Positions 29,724-40,400 of a stretch of DNA of 64,000 bases are shown one piece after another (positions within the stretch are counted from its first letter, which is position 1; each line of letters opens with the position of its first letter). The translations under genes were made by a program, and so were the position numbers. The notes under the pieces were generated by a model that saw only the letters and a program-made list of their open reading frames with translations, was not told the DNA's origin and ran no database searches. The DNA is taken from positions 62,001 to 126,000 of the IMG/VR virus record IMGVR_UViG_3300034101_004588. One strand, written 5' to 3'.

Positions 29724-31106
29724 GTGAAATCTTTGTCTTTAGATTATCAACTTTTTGAAAAAGTTATAATATATAATGCTATTTTTGATAATTCTTATCT
29801 TGATTCTATAATCAATTATATCAAACCGTCTTATTTTTTAGACGCTAATATTAAAAAATTGTTTGAAAGTTTAATAGAATATTATAAACAACACAATAAG
29901 AGTCCAAATGTTACAGAATTAAAAATACATTTATCTACTCAAGATAAACGCAATGCTTTAAAAGAGGTTTTATTATCTTTTCAGCATATAGATAAAAAAT
30001 ATGACAAAGAGGTATTATTATCAAATACAGAAAAGTTTTTAAAAGAGAAAACCATATATGATACAGTTTTAAAGACATCTGTAGATATACAAACGGGAAC
30101 TATAGATCCAGGAAAAATTTTAGAAGAATTTGAACAAGCTTGTAGTATATCTTTAGTAGATTCCTACGGTTTTGATTATTTAGAATCCATAGATTCTCAT
30201 TGTGAAGATTTACAAAAAGTATTCAAGACCTTGCCTACCAAATGGAAATGGTTGGATGATAAAATAGGTGGGGGTTTAATGGCAGAAGGTAGAGCTTTAT
30301 ATGTATTTTATGGTGCAACAAATGTAGGTAAATCTATTTTTCTCGGAAATCTTGCCACGAACATTTTAAGTCAAAATAAAAGTGTAGTTCTTATATCATT
30401 AGAAATGCCAGAACAGATATATGCCAAACGAATTAGTGCTCAATTATCCCAAATTCCTTTTAATGATTTACCTCATCAAATTACTCCTTTGAAGAGTTTT
30501 TTAGGTGAATATAAATTAAAACACAAAGATGCGAAACTTATTATTAAAGAGTTTCCACCCAAATCTGTATCTCCTAGTCATATAAGATCTTACTTAGAAA
30601 AATTAAAAAGAAGACACGTTAATCCGGATGTTATTATAGTAGATTATATAAATTTGTTAGCACCACCAGAAAGAGGTTTAAATTCGTATGAATCTGTAAA
30701 ACAAATTACAGAGTCACTAAGAGCATTGTCTTATTATTTTAATTGCCCAGTAGTATCAGCAACACAAATCAATAGATCTGGATATGATCAAGCTAATCCT
30801 GGACTAGAATCGACTAGTGAATCCATGGGACTAGCTCATACAGCAGACGCTCAGATATCGATTTGGACAGAAGAAGAAGATTTTGAATTAGGCATTATAC
30901 ACATGGGTATAACCAAAAACCGTTTTGGTCCGAGGGAATGTTCAACAGTTTTGGAAATAGATTATCCTACATTAGCTCTTAAAGATCCTGATGATGTTTC
31001 AAAAAGCTTTACTGTAAAAAGAAACCATCTTCCTGGTAGTCTACAAAATAATATATCAGATACTTTAAAGACTATCGAGAGTATAGGGGAAGCGGTTGAA
31101 GAATAA
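29724..31106 (+). CDS. gp41: Replicative DnaB-like helicase (gp41)
   Basis: GATNVGKS, ISLEM, IKEFP, VDYINL, ATQINR, SESMG, KNRFG. Confidence 0.93.
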   Translation: MKSLSLDYQLFEKVIIYNAIFDNSYLDSIINYIKPSYFLDANIKKLFESLIEYYKQHNKSPNVTELKIHLSTQDKRNALKEVLLSFQHIDKKYDKEVLLSNTEKFLKEKTIYDTVLKTSVDIQTGTIDPGKILEEFEQACSISLVDSYGFDYLESIDSHCEDLQKVFKTLPTKWKWLDDKIGGGLMAEGRALYVFYGATNVGKSIFLGNLATNILSQNKSVVLISLEMPEQIYAKRISAQLSQIPFNDLPHQITPLKSFLGEYKLKHKDAKLIIKEFPPKSVSPSHIRSYLEKLKRRHVNPDVIIVDYINLLAPPERGLNSYESVKQITESLRALSYYFNCPVVSATQINRSGYDQANPGLESTSESMGLAHTADAQISIWTEEEDFELGIIHMGITKNRFGPRECSTVLEIDYPTLALKDPDDVSKSFTVKRNHLPGSLQNNISDTLKTIESIGEAVEE

Positions 31107-31129
31107 CCCTTTATGATTAAATATAAGAT

Positions 31130-32017
31130 ATGCACACAAAAACATATCAAGTATTTACCCATAAAGATTTTGATGGGGCTGTAAGCTTGTTGGTTTTTTT
31201 GTGGGCTCGTTCTAAATCTCCAGTACATTTTCAAGAACTTAATAATTTAAATGTAACTGAAAAATTAAACCAATACGCCAATAATACAGCTAACCCTTTT
31301 CCAACTTTAGTATTGGATTTTGCACTTAGACCTGAATTTAAAAATTGTGATCAATCTCATTTTACATTTATAGATCACCACAAATCATCTGAAAATTATT
31401 TAAATACATTTAAAAATTGTAAGGTTTTATACAAAGAATTTTCGTCTAATGCCCGTTGGATGTATAAACTTTTTGAAAAAGATTTAACTCATCTTACTCA
31501 ATCTCAAAAGTATCTTATAGCTTTGGCAGATGATTTTGATTGTTATAAATTACAATTACCACATTCTTATGATTTAAACATATTATTTTGGTCTGAATAT
31601 CGACAAGAGTTTGGAAGATTCATTAAAGATTTTAAAGAAGGTTTTAAAAATTTTTCATCTAGTCAAATTAAAAGAATAGAATCTATTAAAAAGGCAGCAA
31701 AAGCAGAAGCTCAAAAAATTCAAAAGTTTGAAGGAACTATTAAAATAGGTGATACAAATAAATACACTGTAGCAGCCTTAACAGACAATACCACTAATTT
31801 AGTAATGGATGAAATTATAAATGAATATAATCCAGAATTATTCTTTTTTATTAATACTAAATCAGAAAAAGTAAGTTTAAGACAATCTAGAAACAATCCT
31901 ATAGATTTAGGAGCATTTGCAGAAAAAATATGTGAAGGCGGAGGGCATTTTCATTCTGCAGGTGGTAAAATAACGCCTTTATTTTTAGAAATAACTAAAA
32001 ATTTAAAACCTTTATGA
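31130..32017 (+). CDS. DHH/DHHA1 family phosphoesterase
   Basis: THKDFDG, LDF, IDHH, SLR, GGGHFHSAGG. Confidence 0.85.
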   Translation: MHTKTYQVFTHKDFDGAVSLLVFLWARSKSPVHFQELNNLNVTEKLNQYANNTANPFPTLVLDFALRPEFKNCDQSHFTFIDHHKSSENYLNTFKNCKVLYKEFSSNARWMYKLFEKDLTHLTQSQKYLIALADDFDCYKLQLPHSYDLNILFWSEYRQEFGRFIKDFKEGFKNFSSSQIKRIESIKKAAKAEAQKIQKFEGTIKIGDTNKYTVAALTDNTTNLVMDEIINEYNPELFFFINTKSEKVSLRQSRNNPIDLGAFAEKICEGGGHFHSAGGKITPLFLEITKNLKPL

Positions 32018-32316
32018 TTATTACATCAACCCATCAGTTAGAAAATTTAGTTAATCCTACTATGGGATTAGATGAAAAAGAATTTGAAGAAATAACATTA
32101 AAATTTGGATCTTTTGTATGTATAGCCAAAAACAAAAAAATGAATTTTTTAAATTTTTTAAAATTTATAATCATAGATAAAAAAACTCAAAAAATATATG
32201 CAGAATTACTTGGAGAATCTAATTTTCAGCTTATAATAAGAACATATTTAACTAGTACACCTAACTTCTATAAAAAAATATTCCGATCCAAACACAACCT
32301 TAAAAAACCTCTTTGA
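32014..32316 (+). CDS. Hypothetical protein
   Basis: 100-aa ORF coupled to both neighbours. Confidence 0.6.
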   Translation: MIITSTHQLENLVNPTMGLDEKEFEEITLKFGSFVCIAKNKKMNFLNFLKFIIIDKKTQKIYAELLGESNFQLIIRTYLTSTPNFYKKIFRSKHNLKKPL

Positions 32317-32990
32317 AAATTTCAACCATAGAACAAAACATTTACAACTGTTATTTAAAAGCATTGCGCAAAGGACAACCTTGGCAACCAAGAAAAAATT
32401 TTGACAATATTGATGATAAAACCGCAATATGTCTTTTTAAAATTAAAAATTTTTTATTAAAGTTTAAACACATTCCTTGGGATGATTATTTCAATGCTTA
32501 TTATTACGTTTATCCAGAAGATAAACTTCCGCCTTTAAATTTTTTTACGACTAGAAAAGCTATAAAGTGTTACAATCTTTTTAAAACATCACAAGAAAAT
32601 CAATCTCCTGATTTACAGTTAGATTCAATAAAAGATGGTTTGAAATTTATAGCTCTGTTTTGTTTGCAAAATAATTTGCCGTTAGAAAACTATTTTAAAC
32701 ATAAATCTTGCAGTATGCCAACTTGGTCGCAACATTATAGAGAGAATAAAGTTAATATTTATAGCTTATTGGCTTTGGACAATTTAAATGAATTTTACAA
32801 GCTATCAGAAGAAGAAAAAAATTATTGGGCTCCTAACCTTTTAAACAATTTAGAAGCGTTTAAAACCCGTTTACATAATTGTAAATCAAAACCAACAATT
32901 TTAGAAATGGTAGCTCGCATTAAAAAATTTGTCAATACAGAGTTGACAAAACACAAAATAGATATTAATATTAAACAACAAACCTTATGA
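32313..32990 (+). CDS. Hypothetical protein, possibly gp59-like helicase loader
   Basis: About 225 aa, helical and aromatic-rich, immediately upstream of gp32 as gp59 is in T4. The function call rests on synteny and size only. Confidence 0.4.
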   Translation: MKISTIEQNIYNCYLKALRKGQPWQPRKNFDNIDDKTAICLFKIKNFLLKFKHIPWDDYFNAYYYVYPEDKLPPLNFFTTRKAIKCYNLFKTSQENQSPDLQLDSIKDGLKFIALFCLQNNLPLENYFKHKSCSMPTWSQHYRENKVNIYSLLALDNLNEFYKLSEEEKNYWAPNLLNNLEAFKTRLHNCKSKPTILEMVARIKKFVNTELTKHKIDINIKQQTL

Positions 32991-33838
32991 ATAAATATAC
33001 CTCAACCTTATTTGAATCCATTAAAGAAGCCTTAAACAAAAAAAATAACACAGAAAGCGGTTTTAGAGATTTCATGAAATTGGAAATCGGTAAAACTTAT
33101 GTAGTTCGCTTTATTCCAAATATTGAAGCACCGGAAAGAACTTTCTTCCACTATTACCATCACTTGTGGAAAAGTGCTATTACTAATCAAAATGTATCAG
33201 TTTTATGTCCGGCAACTTACGGAGAAAGATGCCCTATTGATGAATATAGAGCCAAGATTTACCGCACTAACAACGAAGCAGAGATTAAAAGAATTCAACC
33301 TATTAGACGTAATGAAAATTGGTTGGCTAATGTTTATGTTATTAAAGACCCTACAACACCAGAAAATGAAGGACAGATTAAAATTATACGCTTTGGTAAA
33401 CAACTTAACAAAATTGTTACCGATGCAATAAGCGGTGATGAATCAGAAGAGTTTGGTGCTCGTATTTTTGATTTATCAGAAAAGGGATGTAATTTAAAGA
33501 TTAAAGTCGAAGAAAATGAAGGAGGTTATCCAACCTATGTTGCTTCTCGTTTTATGGCAGCTTCTAAAATAGAAGGATTAGAAAATGAGAATGAAATTTA
33601 TAGTGCATTTAAACCTATGGATACCATATTTGAACACAAATCATATGATGCTATTAAAAAGGATTTAAATGTTCACTTTTTAGGACAAGAAGAAACAGAA
33701 GAACCTAAACAAGAAGAGGAAGAATATGTTTCTCCTAAACAAGAAAATGTACAACCAGCAATTGAATCCTCTTCAGAAAATAGTAGTGAAGATTTCAACG
33801 CTGATGATAAAATTCAAGAAATTCTTAAAGATTTGTAA
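32987..33838 (+). CDS. gp32: Single-stranded DNA-binding protein (gp32-like)
   Basis: VRFIP, CP...CPI, NVYVIKDPTTPENEG, GCNLKIK, acidic C-tail ending ILKDL. Confidence 0.9.
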   Translation: MNKYTSTLFESIKEALNKKNNTESGFRDFMKLEIGKTYVVRFIPNIEAPERTFFHYYHHLWKSAITNQNVSVLCPATYGERCPIDEYRAKIYRTNNEAEIKRIQPIRRNENWLANVYVIKDPTTPENEGQIKIIRFGKQLNKIVTDAISGDESEEFGARIFDLSEKGCNLKIKVEENEGGYPTYVASRFMAASKIEGLENENEIYSAFKPMDTIFEHKSYDAIKKDLNVHFLGQEETEEPKQEEEEYVSPKQENVQPAIESSSENSSEDFNADDKIQEILKDL

Positions 33839-33842
33839 TTTT

Positions 33843-34685
33843 ATGCCTAGAATAAAAACCAATAATGATATACCAGACATCCAAAACACTTTGGATGGAT
33901 TTCCTAAGAAATACATTCCTAAAGTAGGATCTCGCAATATTGTAGTACCTATTGAAATAGTTAGAAGAGATGGATCTGTTAATCCTTCTAAAGCAGTTAT
34001 CAGTATGTATACAGATTTAACACCAGAAGTTAAAGGTACTAATATGAGCAGGTATAGAATATTAGTTGAAGAGGTCTTAGCTAATAAAACACATCGTATA
34101 GATGAAGTTATGAAAACTTTATTAGATGAATGTAAAGACCGTCTTAAGTCTAACAATGCTTATGTCAAAATTAAATTTGACTACTTTGTAATGAAAGAAG
34201 CTCCAGTTTCTAAAGTTAAATCTCATATGGATTATAAAGGATCTTTAGAGGGAAGATTAATTAATGGAGAGAAAAGATATTATCTACATGCAAATGTTTT
34301 ATATGCTTCTTTATGCCCATGCTCTAAAGAAATCAGTGATTATGGTGCACATAATCAACAGTCTTATGCCGATGTTACAGTTGAATTGTCAGATGTCGGC
34401 ACCAAAGATAATGTTTATTGGTTTGAAGAGATTGTAGAAGCTGTAGAACGCAGTTGTTCAGCTCCTATAGTAAATGCTTTGAAACGAGTAGATGAAGCTT
34501 ATCAAACTGAATTAATGTATGAAAATCCAGTATTTGTTGAAGACATGGTAAGAAAAGTTGCTGTAGAACTTGATAAAGATTTGGATAAAAGAATTAATGA
34601 TTATCTAGTAATAGTTAATCATTATGAAAGTATTCACAGTTCAGTTGCAGTGAGTGTTATTAACGCTGGAAGAGATTTAAAATAA
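33843..34685 (+). CDS. folE2: GTP cyclohydrolase I type B (FolE2)
   Basis: IPDIQ, IPKVG, KGTNMSR, SLCPCSKEISDYGAHNQ, LKRVDE, NPVFVEDMVR, ESIH; ATG at 33843. Confidence 0.92.
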   Translation: MPRIKTNNDIPDIQNTLDGFPKKYIPKVGSRNIVVPIEIVRRDGSVNPSKAVISMYTDLTPEVKGTNMSRYRILVEEVLANKTHRIDEVMKTLLDECKDRLKSNNAYVKIKFDYFVMKEAPVSKVKSHMDYKGSLEGRLINGEKRYYLHANVLYASLCPCSKEISDYGAHNQQSYADVTVELSDVGTKDNVYWFEEIVEAVERSCSAPIVNALKRVDEAYQTELMYENPVFVEDMVRKVAVELDKDLDKRINDYLVIVNHYESIHSSVAVSVINAGRDLK

Positions 34686-34686
34686 T

Positions 34687-35130
34687 ATGAATAAAACTGA
34701 TGTTATAGAAGCGGCTTTATTAGCTAAAATGGTAGGCACAGAACTTAATAAAGTAGATAAATCTTTTATGGATAGACCTAACATTCCAGCCAATAAAATT
34801 AATATCAATCAGTTTATATCTCAATCAAATTTAACATCTCCTTCAAAAAGAAAAATATCTCCAGCTTATTTATCAGAAGCAGAAGTACAAAATTTAGTAC
34901 CAGAACCTGTTTCACAATTACCTAATTTAATAACAGAACCGGCACCAGTACAACCATTAGCCAATATTAATCCAATTCAACAAAAGGTTTTGGTTAATAA
35001 TGATTATAATATAGTAGAAGATATCCAAGAGATAAAAAGTGTTTTAATTAAAATTAACAACAATCTACAAAAGATTTCTGGCATGGCTGGTAAATTGTTT
35101 TGTGGTTTAAATAACAAAACAAATGGATAA
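34687..35130 (+). CDS. Hypothetical protein
   Basis: 147-aa ORF with a Pro-rich linker and C-terminal coiled coil. Confidence 0.6.
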   Translation: MNKTDVIEAALLAKMVGTELNKVDKSFMDRPNIPANKININQFISQSNLTSPSKRKISPAYLSEAEVQNLVPEPVSQLPNLITEPAPVQPLANINPIQQKVLVNNDYNIVEDIQEIKSVLIKINNNLQKISGMAGKLFCGLNNKTNG

Positions 35131-35878
35131 CAACCTAAAGTTATCTAAAAATCTTTTAGAAAACTTTTTACGCCCTATTAACAGGTTGACTGAAAGTTGC
35201 GTTTTAAAATTAGATAAAACTCGAATTTACAGTGTTTGTTCTTCATCAGACAACACAGTAATATTATATGTCAATTGTGGTTTAAAAGAAGAAGTAAAAG
35301 ATCAATTAAGGTTTAACATAATTAATATTAAAAAATTTTTATCCGGTTTAGAATGTTTAGAAACTTCAGAAAACGGCGATATAAACATACAATACCATCA
35401 GAATTATATAAAATGTGAATCCTCAGGAAATCAAAATAAAACGTTTTTTAAATATTATCTAGTTGATGATAGTATTGTTAAAGAAGCACCAGTTAATTTG
35501 GAAAAAATAGCAAAATTAAAATTTGATACAGAATTTACTATAAATTTAGAAAATATTAAAAAAATAATGTCTGGATATGCATTTGCAACAGATGTATCTA
35601 AGATATATTTTTATTCAGACAATAGCTCCGTTTATGCTGAGATAAATGATCAAACATTACAAAATGTAGATAATATAACATTAAAAATATCAAATTCTTT
35701 TGAAGGAGAACCTATCAACAATCCTCTTCCAGTAAATATAGAAATCTTTAAAAATTTAACACTTACTAAAAACGGAATTAAGGTTAAAATTAACAATCAA
35801 TATAAAGTTTTAATATTTCAAAATTTAAACAACGAAAATATAGAAGCTAAATACATAGTTTCTGCCCTTGTTAAATGA
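35123..35878 (+). CDS. gp45: DNA polymerase sliding clamp (gp45-like)
   Basis: About 250 aa two-domain alpha/beta pattern (FNIINIKKFL...; KYYLVD; C-terminal KYIVSALV) in the replication block. Confidence 0.65.
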   Translation: MDNNLKLSKNLLENFLRPINRLTESCVLKLDKTRIYSVCSSSDNTVILYVNCGLKEEVKDQLRFNIINIKKFLSGLECLETSENGDINIQYHQNYIKCESSGNQNKTFFKYYLVDDSIVKEAPVNLEKIAKLKFDTEFTINLENIKKIMSGYAFATDVSKIYFYSDNSSVYAEINDQTLQNVDNITLKISNSFEGEPINNPLPVNIEIFKNLTLTKNGIKVKINNQYKVLIFQNLNNENIEAKYIVSALVK

Positions 35879-35905
35879 ATTTAAAAGGATAAAATATATA
35901 AATAT

Positions 35906-36226
35906 ATGGCTAAAAACAAAATAACCACGTTAAGCTATTTCTTAAAAAGATTAAGAGATAGCGGATATGTAACAGACAAATTGTTTACAGATTACGGAAA
36001 ACATGATCCAAGATCATGGACAGTAGTCATAGATCCAAGAGTTGCTTCCGTACTTGTTACTTGTTATAACAATCACAATGAACTTGGCGAAGAGTATTTT
36101 GAAATATATGACGGTGGACAGTTTGTACCAGATAATTTTAAGATTAAAACTTCTTCTATAGAGGTTTTAATAGAGTATTTGGTAAAATTTGGAATTAACA
36201 ATAAATCCTTAACTTATAAAGATTAA
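35906..36226 (+). CDS. Hypothetical protein
   Basis: 106-aa ORF; TTGTTA-N16-TAAAAT upstream. Confidence 0.65.
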   Translation: MAKNKITTLSYFLKRLRDSGYVTDKLFTDYGKHDPRSWTVVIDPRVASVLVTCYNNHNELGEEYFEIYDGGQFVPDNFKIKTSSIEVLIEYLVKFGINNKSLTYKD

Positions 36227-36238
36227 ACATAAGTATGT

Positions 36239-36631
36239 ATGTCGTTCAAATCTGTGAATAAAAAAAAGAAAATCATACAGCATTCAGAATCTTTTGTCCC
36301 TAATTTATCTGGAATATCACCAAAACCTTTGGATAAAGAATACATAAAACAAAAAATAGAAGAATCTTTGAATAATGAAGAACTTCAAAAAAGCTTAGAT
36401 AAGTGGTTAAAAGAAAATGAAAATCGCCATAAAATTGTATTAAGAGATTTAAATTTATTAAAATCAATTATAACTGAATATTTAGAAGGATTTTTATTGA
36501 TAGGTTATAATTTAGAAGGAGAAAGAGTTATTTTACAAAATTATTCTTCTCCTAAGGATAGAGACGCTTTAATGGAATTTTTAAAAAACGTATTTATTCA
36601 ACAACAAAGTAATAATTTATTAGATAATTAG
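36239..36631 (+). CDS. Hypothetical protein
   Basis: 130-aa ORF. Confidence 0.6.
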   Translation: MSFKSVNKKKKIIQHSESFVPNLSGISPKPLDKEYIKQKIEESLNNEELQKSLDKWLKENENRHKIVLRDLNLLKSIITEYLEGFLLIGYNLEGERVILQNYSSPKDRDALMEFLKNVFIQQQSNNLLDN

Positions 36632-36636
36632 TAAAT

Positions 36637-37473
36637 ATGGCTATACAAGGACAAGATCAAGAATGTTGCGATAGACCGTTATTTACTAACATACAACTTC
36701 CTAGTCCCACTGCATCAGACATTACAGCTTTTTTATGTGATGTTCTAGCAGCTTCAAGATCTGAAAATCCAGATCCGGTAATTAGACCAGCTGTTCCTTT
36801 TAATGAAAGTGTTGTATGGCATTCTTTAACAGGTCAAGTTGATGTCGGAGATCCTAGGATTTCTAATGGTTTTATTTTTAGACAAATGTATGATACTTTT
36901 ATTAAAAGAGCAGAATTACAAATAGAAGTATTGCAAGCAGGTGGGTGTCAAATTATAGATAATTGTATTTGTGGTACGGATGATATACCTATAGTTAAAT
37001 TAGAAAGAACTTGTACGGATGAAGAAGCTAAAGAGCTTTTAAAACCTATAACTTTTAATGAAATTGAAACTTTTGTAACAGATTTGTGGAATAAAAAAAT
37101 AAAAGAAACCGCAAATGATTTTGTAGATTATTTAAGAAAAAATTACATAAGCAAAGGTTGGGAAGCTCACTTATATCAATACAAAGAAGTTCCAGTTTTT
37201 TATGTAGAATTAAGAGATCCTACTAAACTTTTACCAAACGGTAAAACAAATCCTTCAAAATATAAATTTTATAGATATTATAGTGATTCCAAACAATATG
37301 TTTCAGAAGGTTTAGGTGTTTCTATAAAATATAAAACTAGCTTTTTGTCAGATGCTAGTTTAGACGATTGGCAAAATGAAAATAGTAGATTAGCCATGCA
37401 AAATCTAATGAATAGTTTGGCAGCTCCTATATGGCCTCAAAAATCTATTTTTAGTTCAAAAGTTTCTTTTTAA
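36637..37473 (+). CDS. Hypothetical protein
   Basis: 278-aa ORF with several Cys, convergent with gp5. Confidence 0.65.
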   Translation: MAIQGQDQECCDRPLFTNIQLPSPTASDITAFLCDVLAASRSENPDPVIRPAVPFNESVVWHSLTGQVDVGDPRISNGFIFRQMYDTFIKRAELQIEVLQAGGCQIIDNCICGTDDIPIVKLERTCTDEEAKELLKPITFNEIETFVTDLWNKKIKETANDFVDYLRKNYISKGWEAHLYQYKEVPVFYVELRDPTKLLPNGKTNPSKYKFYRYYSDSKQYVSEGLGVSIKYKTSFLSDASLDDWQNENSRLAMQNLMNSLAAPIWPQKSIFSSKVSF

Positions 37474-40400
37474 CAATCTATTCCAAGATCTTGGAATAAT
37501 TTTCTGTTAACTATTAAAGGCTCAACATTTCCATCTGGAGTGTATGTAAATTTAATATTAGGATTATTCAATCTAATATTATTAAACCCTGGTACTAATT
37601 TAGTTAACCCGAAAGAATTAAGATTACCAAATCTAGGAGGTCCTCCTCCAGTATTTGGCGTTCCAAAACCAAAACCACCACCACCACAACCTGCCAATGT
37701 TTTAGGTCCTCCATCAGGAGCAGTACCATTTTTTCTTGCTGGTGTAGGAACCGGATTAGCATTAACTCTACTACCAGCTAAACCTGCGTCATCATCATAA
37801 TAGGTTCCTCGAGGTTGAGTAAAATCATGATGGTGATCTTGAGGGGTTTGATTATGATTATGTCTCCAATTCCATATAAATCCCCAAGACACTCCAGGAC
37901 CAGCTGCATTTAAACATCCTCCAAAATAAATACCAGTTGCTACAGGTTCTATAACTGAGTTCAGGGTGATGGTTTCTAAAACATCCATAACCGCTTTGAC
38001 AATATTAGTAGGCATAATTATAGCACCTAAAAATGCATAATGAGTTACAGCGGTTCTAAAAAGATTTAAAACATTTATAGCTTGTGCAGGACCTACCGCC
38101 CAGTTTGCTTGTGGTACTCTTTGATCCGGTGTACCAGATCCAGAAGTTTGAACCCTTTGACCAACTGTGTTAATGTATTTGACTGATAATTCACCATCCA
38201 TTCCTAAACCACCTTTAATAACAGCATCTCCAGCAACACTAAAACCTCCTTTAATTATAGTTTGTGGAGTATATATTTGTACACTTCCCTTTCCAGATCT
38301 GTCATCAGCTTCTAAAGTTAAAGATTTTCCTTTAACTATTGTTTTATTTTTTGAGCTTAATACGACTTCTCCTTCAGAACCAACTACATTAACTCCACCA
38401 CCAGTTATTGAAATTTTGCCTTTAGTTACCATGTCTAGACCTGGAGATCCGGAAACTATTTTTACTTTATTACCTCCTTTTAAAACTATATTACCTCCAG
38501 GAAATTGATCTGGTTCAGAATGTACCATTCTTTCATGATTTTTTCCACCTCTCATAACATAGGTTGGAGTATTTTTTCCATCAACAAATCCGCCCATATC
38601 TGTGTTATGACCTGCTTGTGTATAAGCTTCAGCATCATTTGTGGTTAATCCAGCATTAATAACAAAATCTTTAGCTGCAGCCATAGTTATAGTACCACCA
38701 GCACCCATACGAGTTTCTGCTTCTTGAATTTTTGTAGAATTTTTTGCCATTTCTTCTCCAGCTTTTTTATTAGCATCTTCTATGGGTTTTTGTGGAGAAG
38801 GAATCATTCCATCTTTACAACCTTCATTACCACAGGTTCCGTCTTTAAGCAAAGTTTTGGCTGGAACTATAGATAAAAAAGGCACTAATAAAAGAGAAGT
38901 AACAAAAGATAAAAATTCTATTGCATATGAACCCCAAGGTAAATCCCATTTTTTAATAAAATTCCAAAATCTTTTTGCTAGATTTTTTGCTGCGTCTGAT
39001 ACGTATGTTGTTGAACATATTGGACAAGGTACCATATCTCCTTTAGGTGCATTATTTTTGATCTCTTCTAATTTTTTATTGTGAGTAGATTTGATCATGT
39101 TGTTTATCTCTTCAGCTGCTTTTCTACGTTCATCCGGGTTAGTACCTAAACCAGCTCTCAAAGTAATATCACCGTCTGTTCCTTGTTCTATAAAACCACC
39201 AGACCATAAATTCATTGGACCAACAGAATTAAGAAACATATCTCCTCTAGCATTAACACTAGCATTAGTTGGACTTGCCAGGCTTATAGATTCCGCTAAA
39301 AAAGCATCTGCTCCTTGATCACTAGTTAGTCTTATAAAAGTTTTTTCTGGAGGTTGAGATGATGTTCTTGCCGCATATCCTATAGAAATTTGTCCACCAG
39401 GAGCAGCCATACTAGTTGTTTGATTTATTTGATTTTGATTAACTCTTTCTACAGTTGAACTGTCTGGGCCATTTGCAGTTTGTAAAAAATTCTGCATAGC
39501 ACTAGGTTCTGGGGCACAGGCAAAATATATAGGCTTTTGTACATCTCCATTTAAAAAGAAAACAAACACTTTTGCTCCGGGTTGAGGCAAAGCAAACATT
39601 CCATTGCCATGATTTAAACTATTAGGGTAAGGTGGTGTTCCTGCAAAATTTAAAGATCCATAAGTTCTTCCGTCACCAGCAGAAGCAAACCCTTTTGAAT
39701 CTTCTATTAAGTTATTTTTACCAACAGAAGCAAATTCTTCTGTTGCAGAAGGTCCTGGTGGCACTTGTCCATATTTTGATAATTGTTGTCTAACCTCTCC
39801 TGCACTTCTTCCTATAGTTGATTCTCTGCCTAATATTTCAAAAGTTACATTATTTTGAGTATTGTTAATATTATACTGAGAAGTTGGTACATATACATCA
39901 ATTGCATTTTGATTTTGATTTCCGTGATTATCTGCTATTATATAAACAAAATTAGTTGAAGTATCTCTTATAACCGTGCCATAAGGTAGATTAGCAGTGC
40001 CTCCTTCTCTTGCTCTAGCTACTACACCTGGAGTTAAATTTTGAGCAAAAGCTGATTTACCATTATTTGTATTAACATCTTGAGTTTCATCTCCTTGATT
40101 GCCAATTACTCCTTTGCCTAAACTATAATTAAAAACTGTAGTAGTAAAAGTGCCTTGAGGTACATATTCTGTTTTTGCTGGTTCTTGAGCATATAAATCT
40201 TTTCCAGCAACCATAGTATCTGCCCCTTCTACCCCAGCAGTTCTAGCTGGAGATTGACTTGGAGGATCTTCTAAGCTACCTGCTAATCCAGAAGGAGCTA
40301 CTCCTTTAGAACCATTTGCAAAAGCCTGGCTAACGTCTGAATTTGATAATCCGTTGTAAGTCCAAAAGCGACCACCTCCTAATTGATTTCCCACTAAATC

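Noticed and set aside
33726-33842. Longer ORF-track starts for folE2 (33726), and likewise 4845, 6003, 9815, 18146, 59055 and 62068
   Set aside because: These are upstream starts (mostly non-ATG) that overlap neighbouring genes or promoters; downstream ATGs fit coupling and promoter positions better.
9582-34156. Short opposite-strand or alternate-frame ORFs inside uvsW, the GTs, pol, gp41, gp32 and folE2 (e.g. 9582..9845, 12836..13102, 33123..33431, 33773..34156)
   Set aside because: They overlap well-supported genes almost entirely and have no independent signals.
35897-35904. Perfect T4 late promoter TATAAATA
   Set aside because: It ends 1 nt before ATG 35906, too close to transcribe that gene; the upstream TTGTTA-N16-TAAAAT explains the region better.
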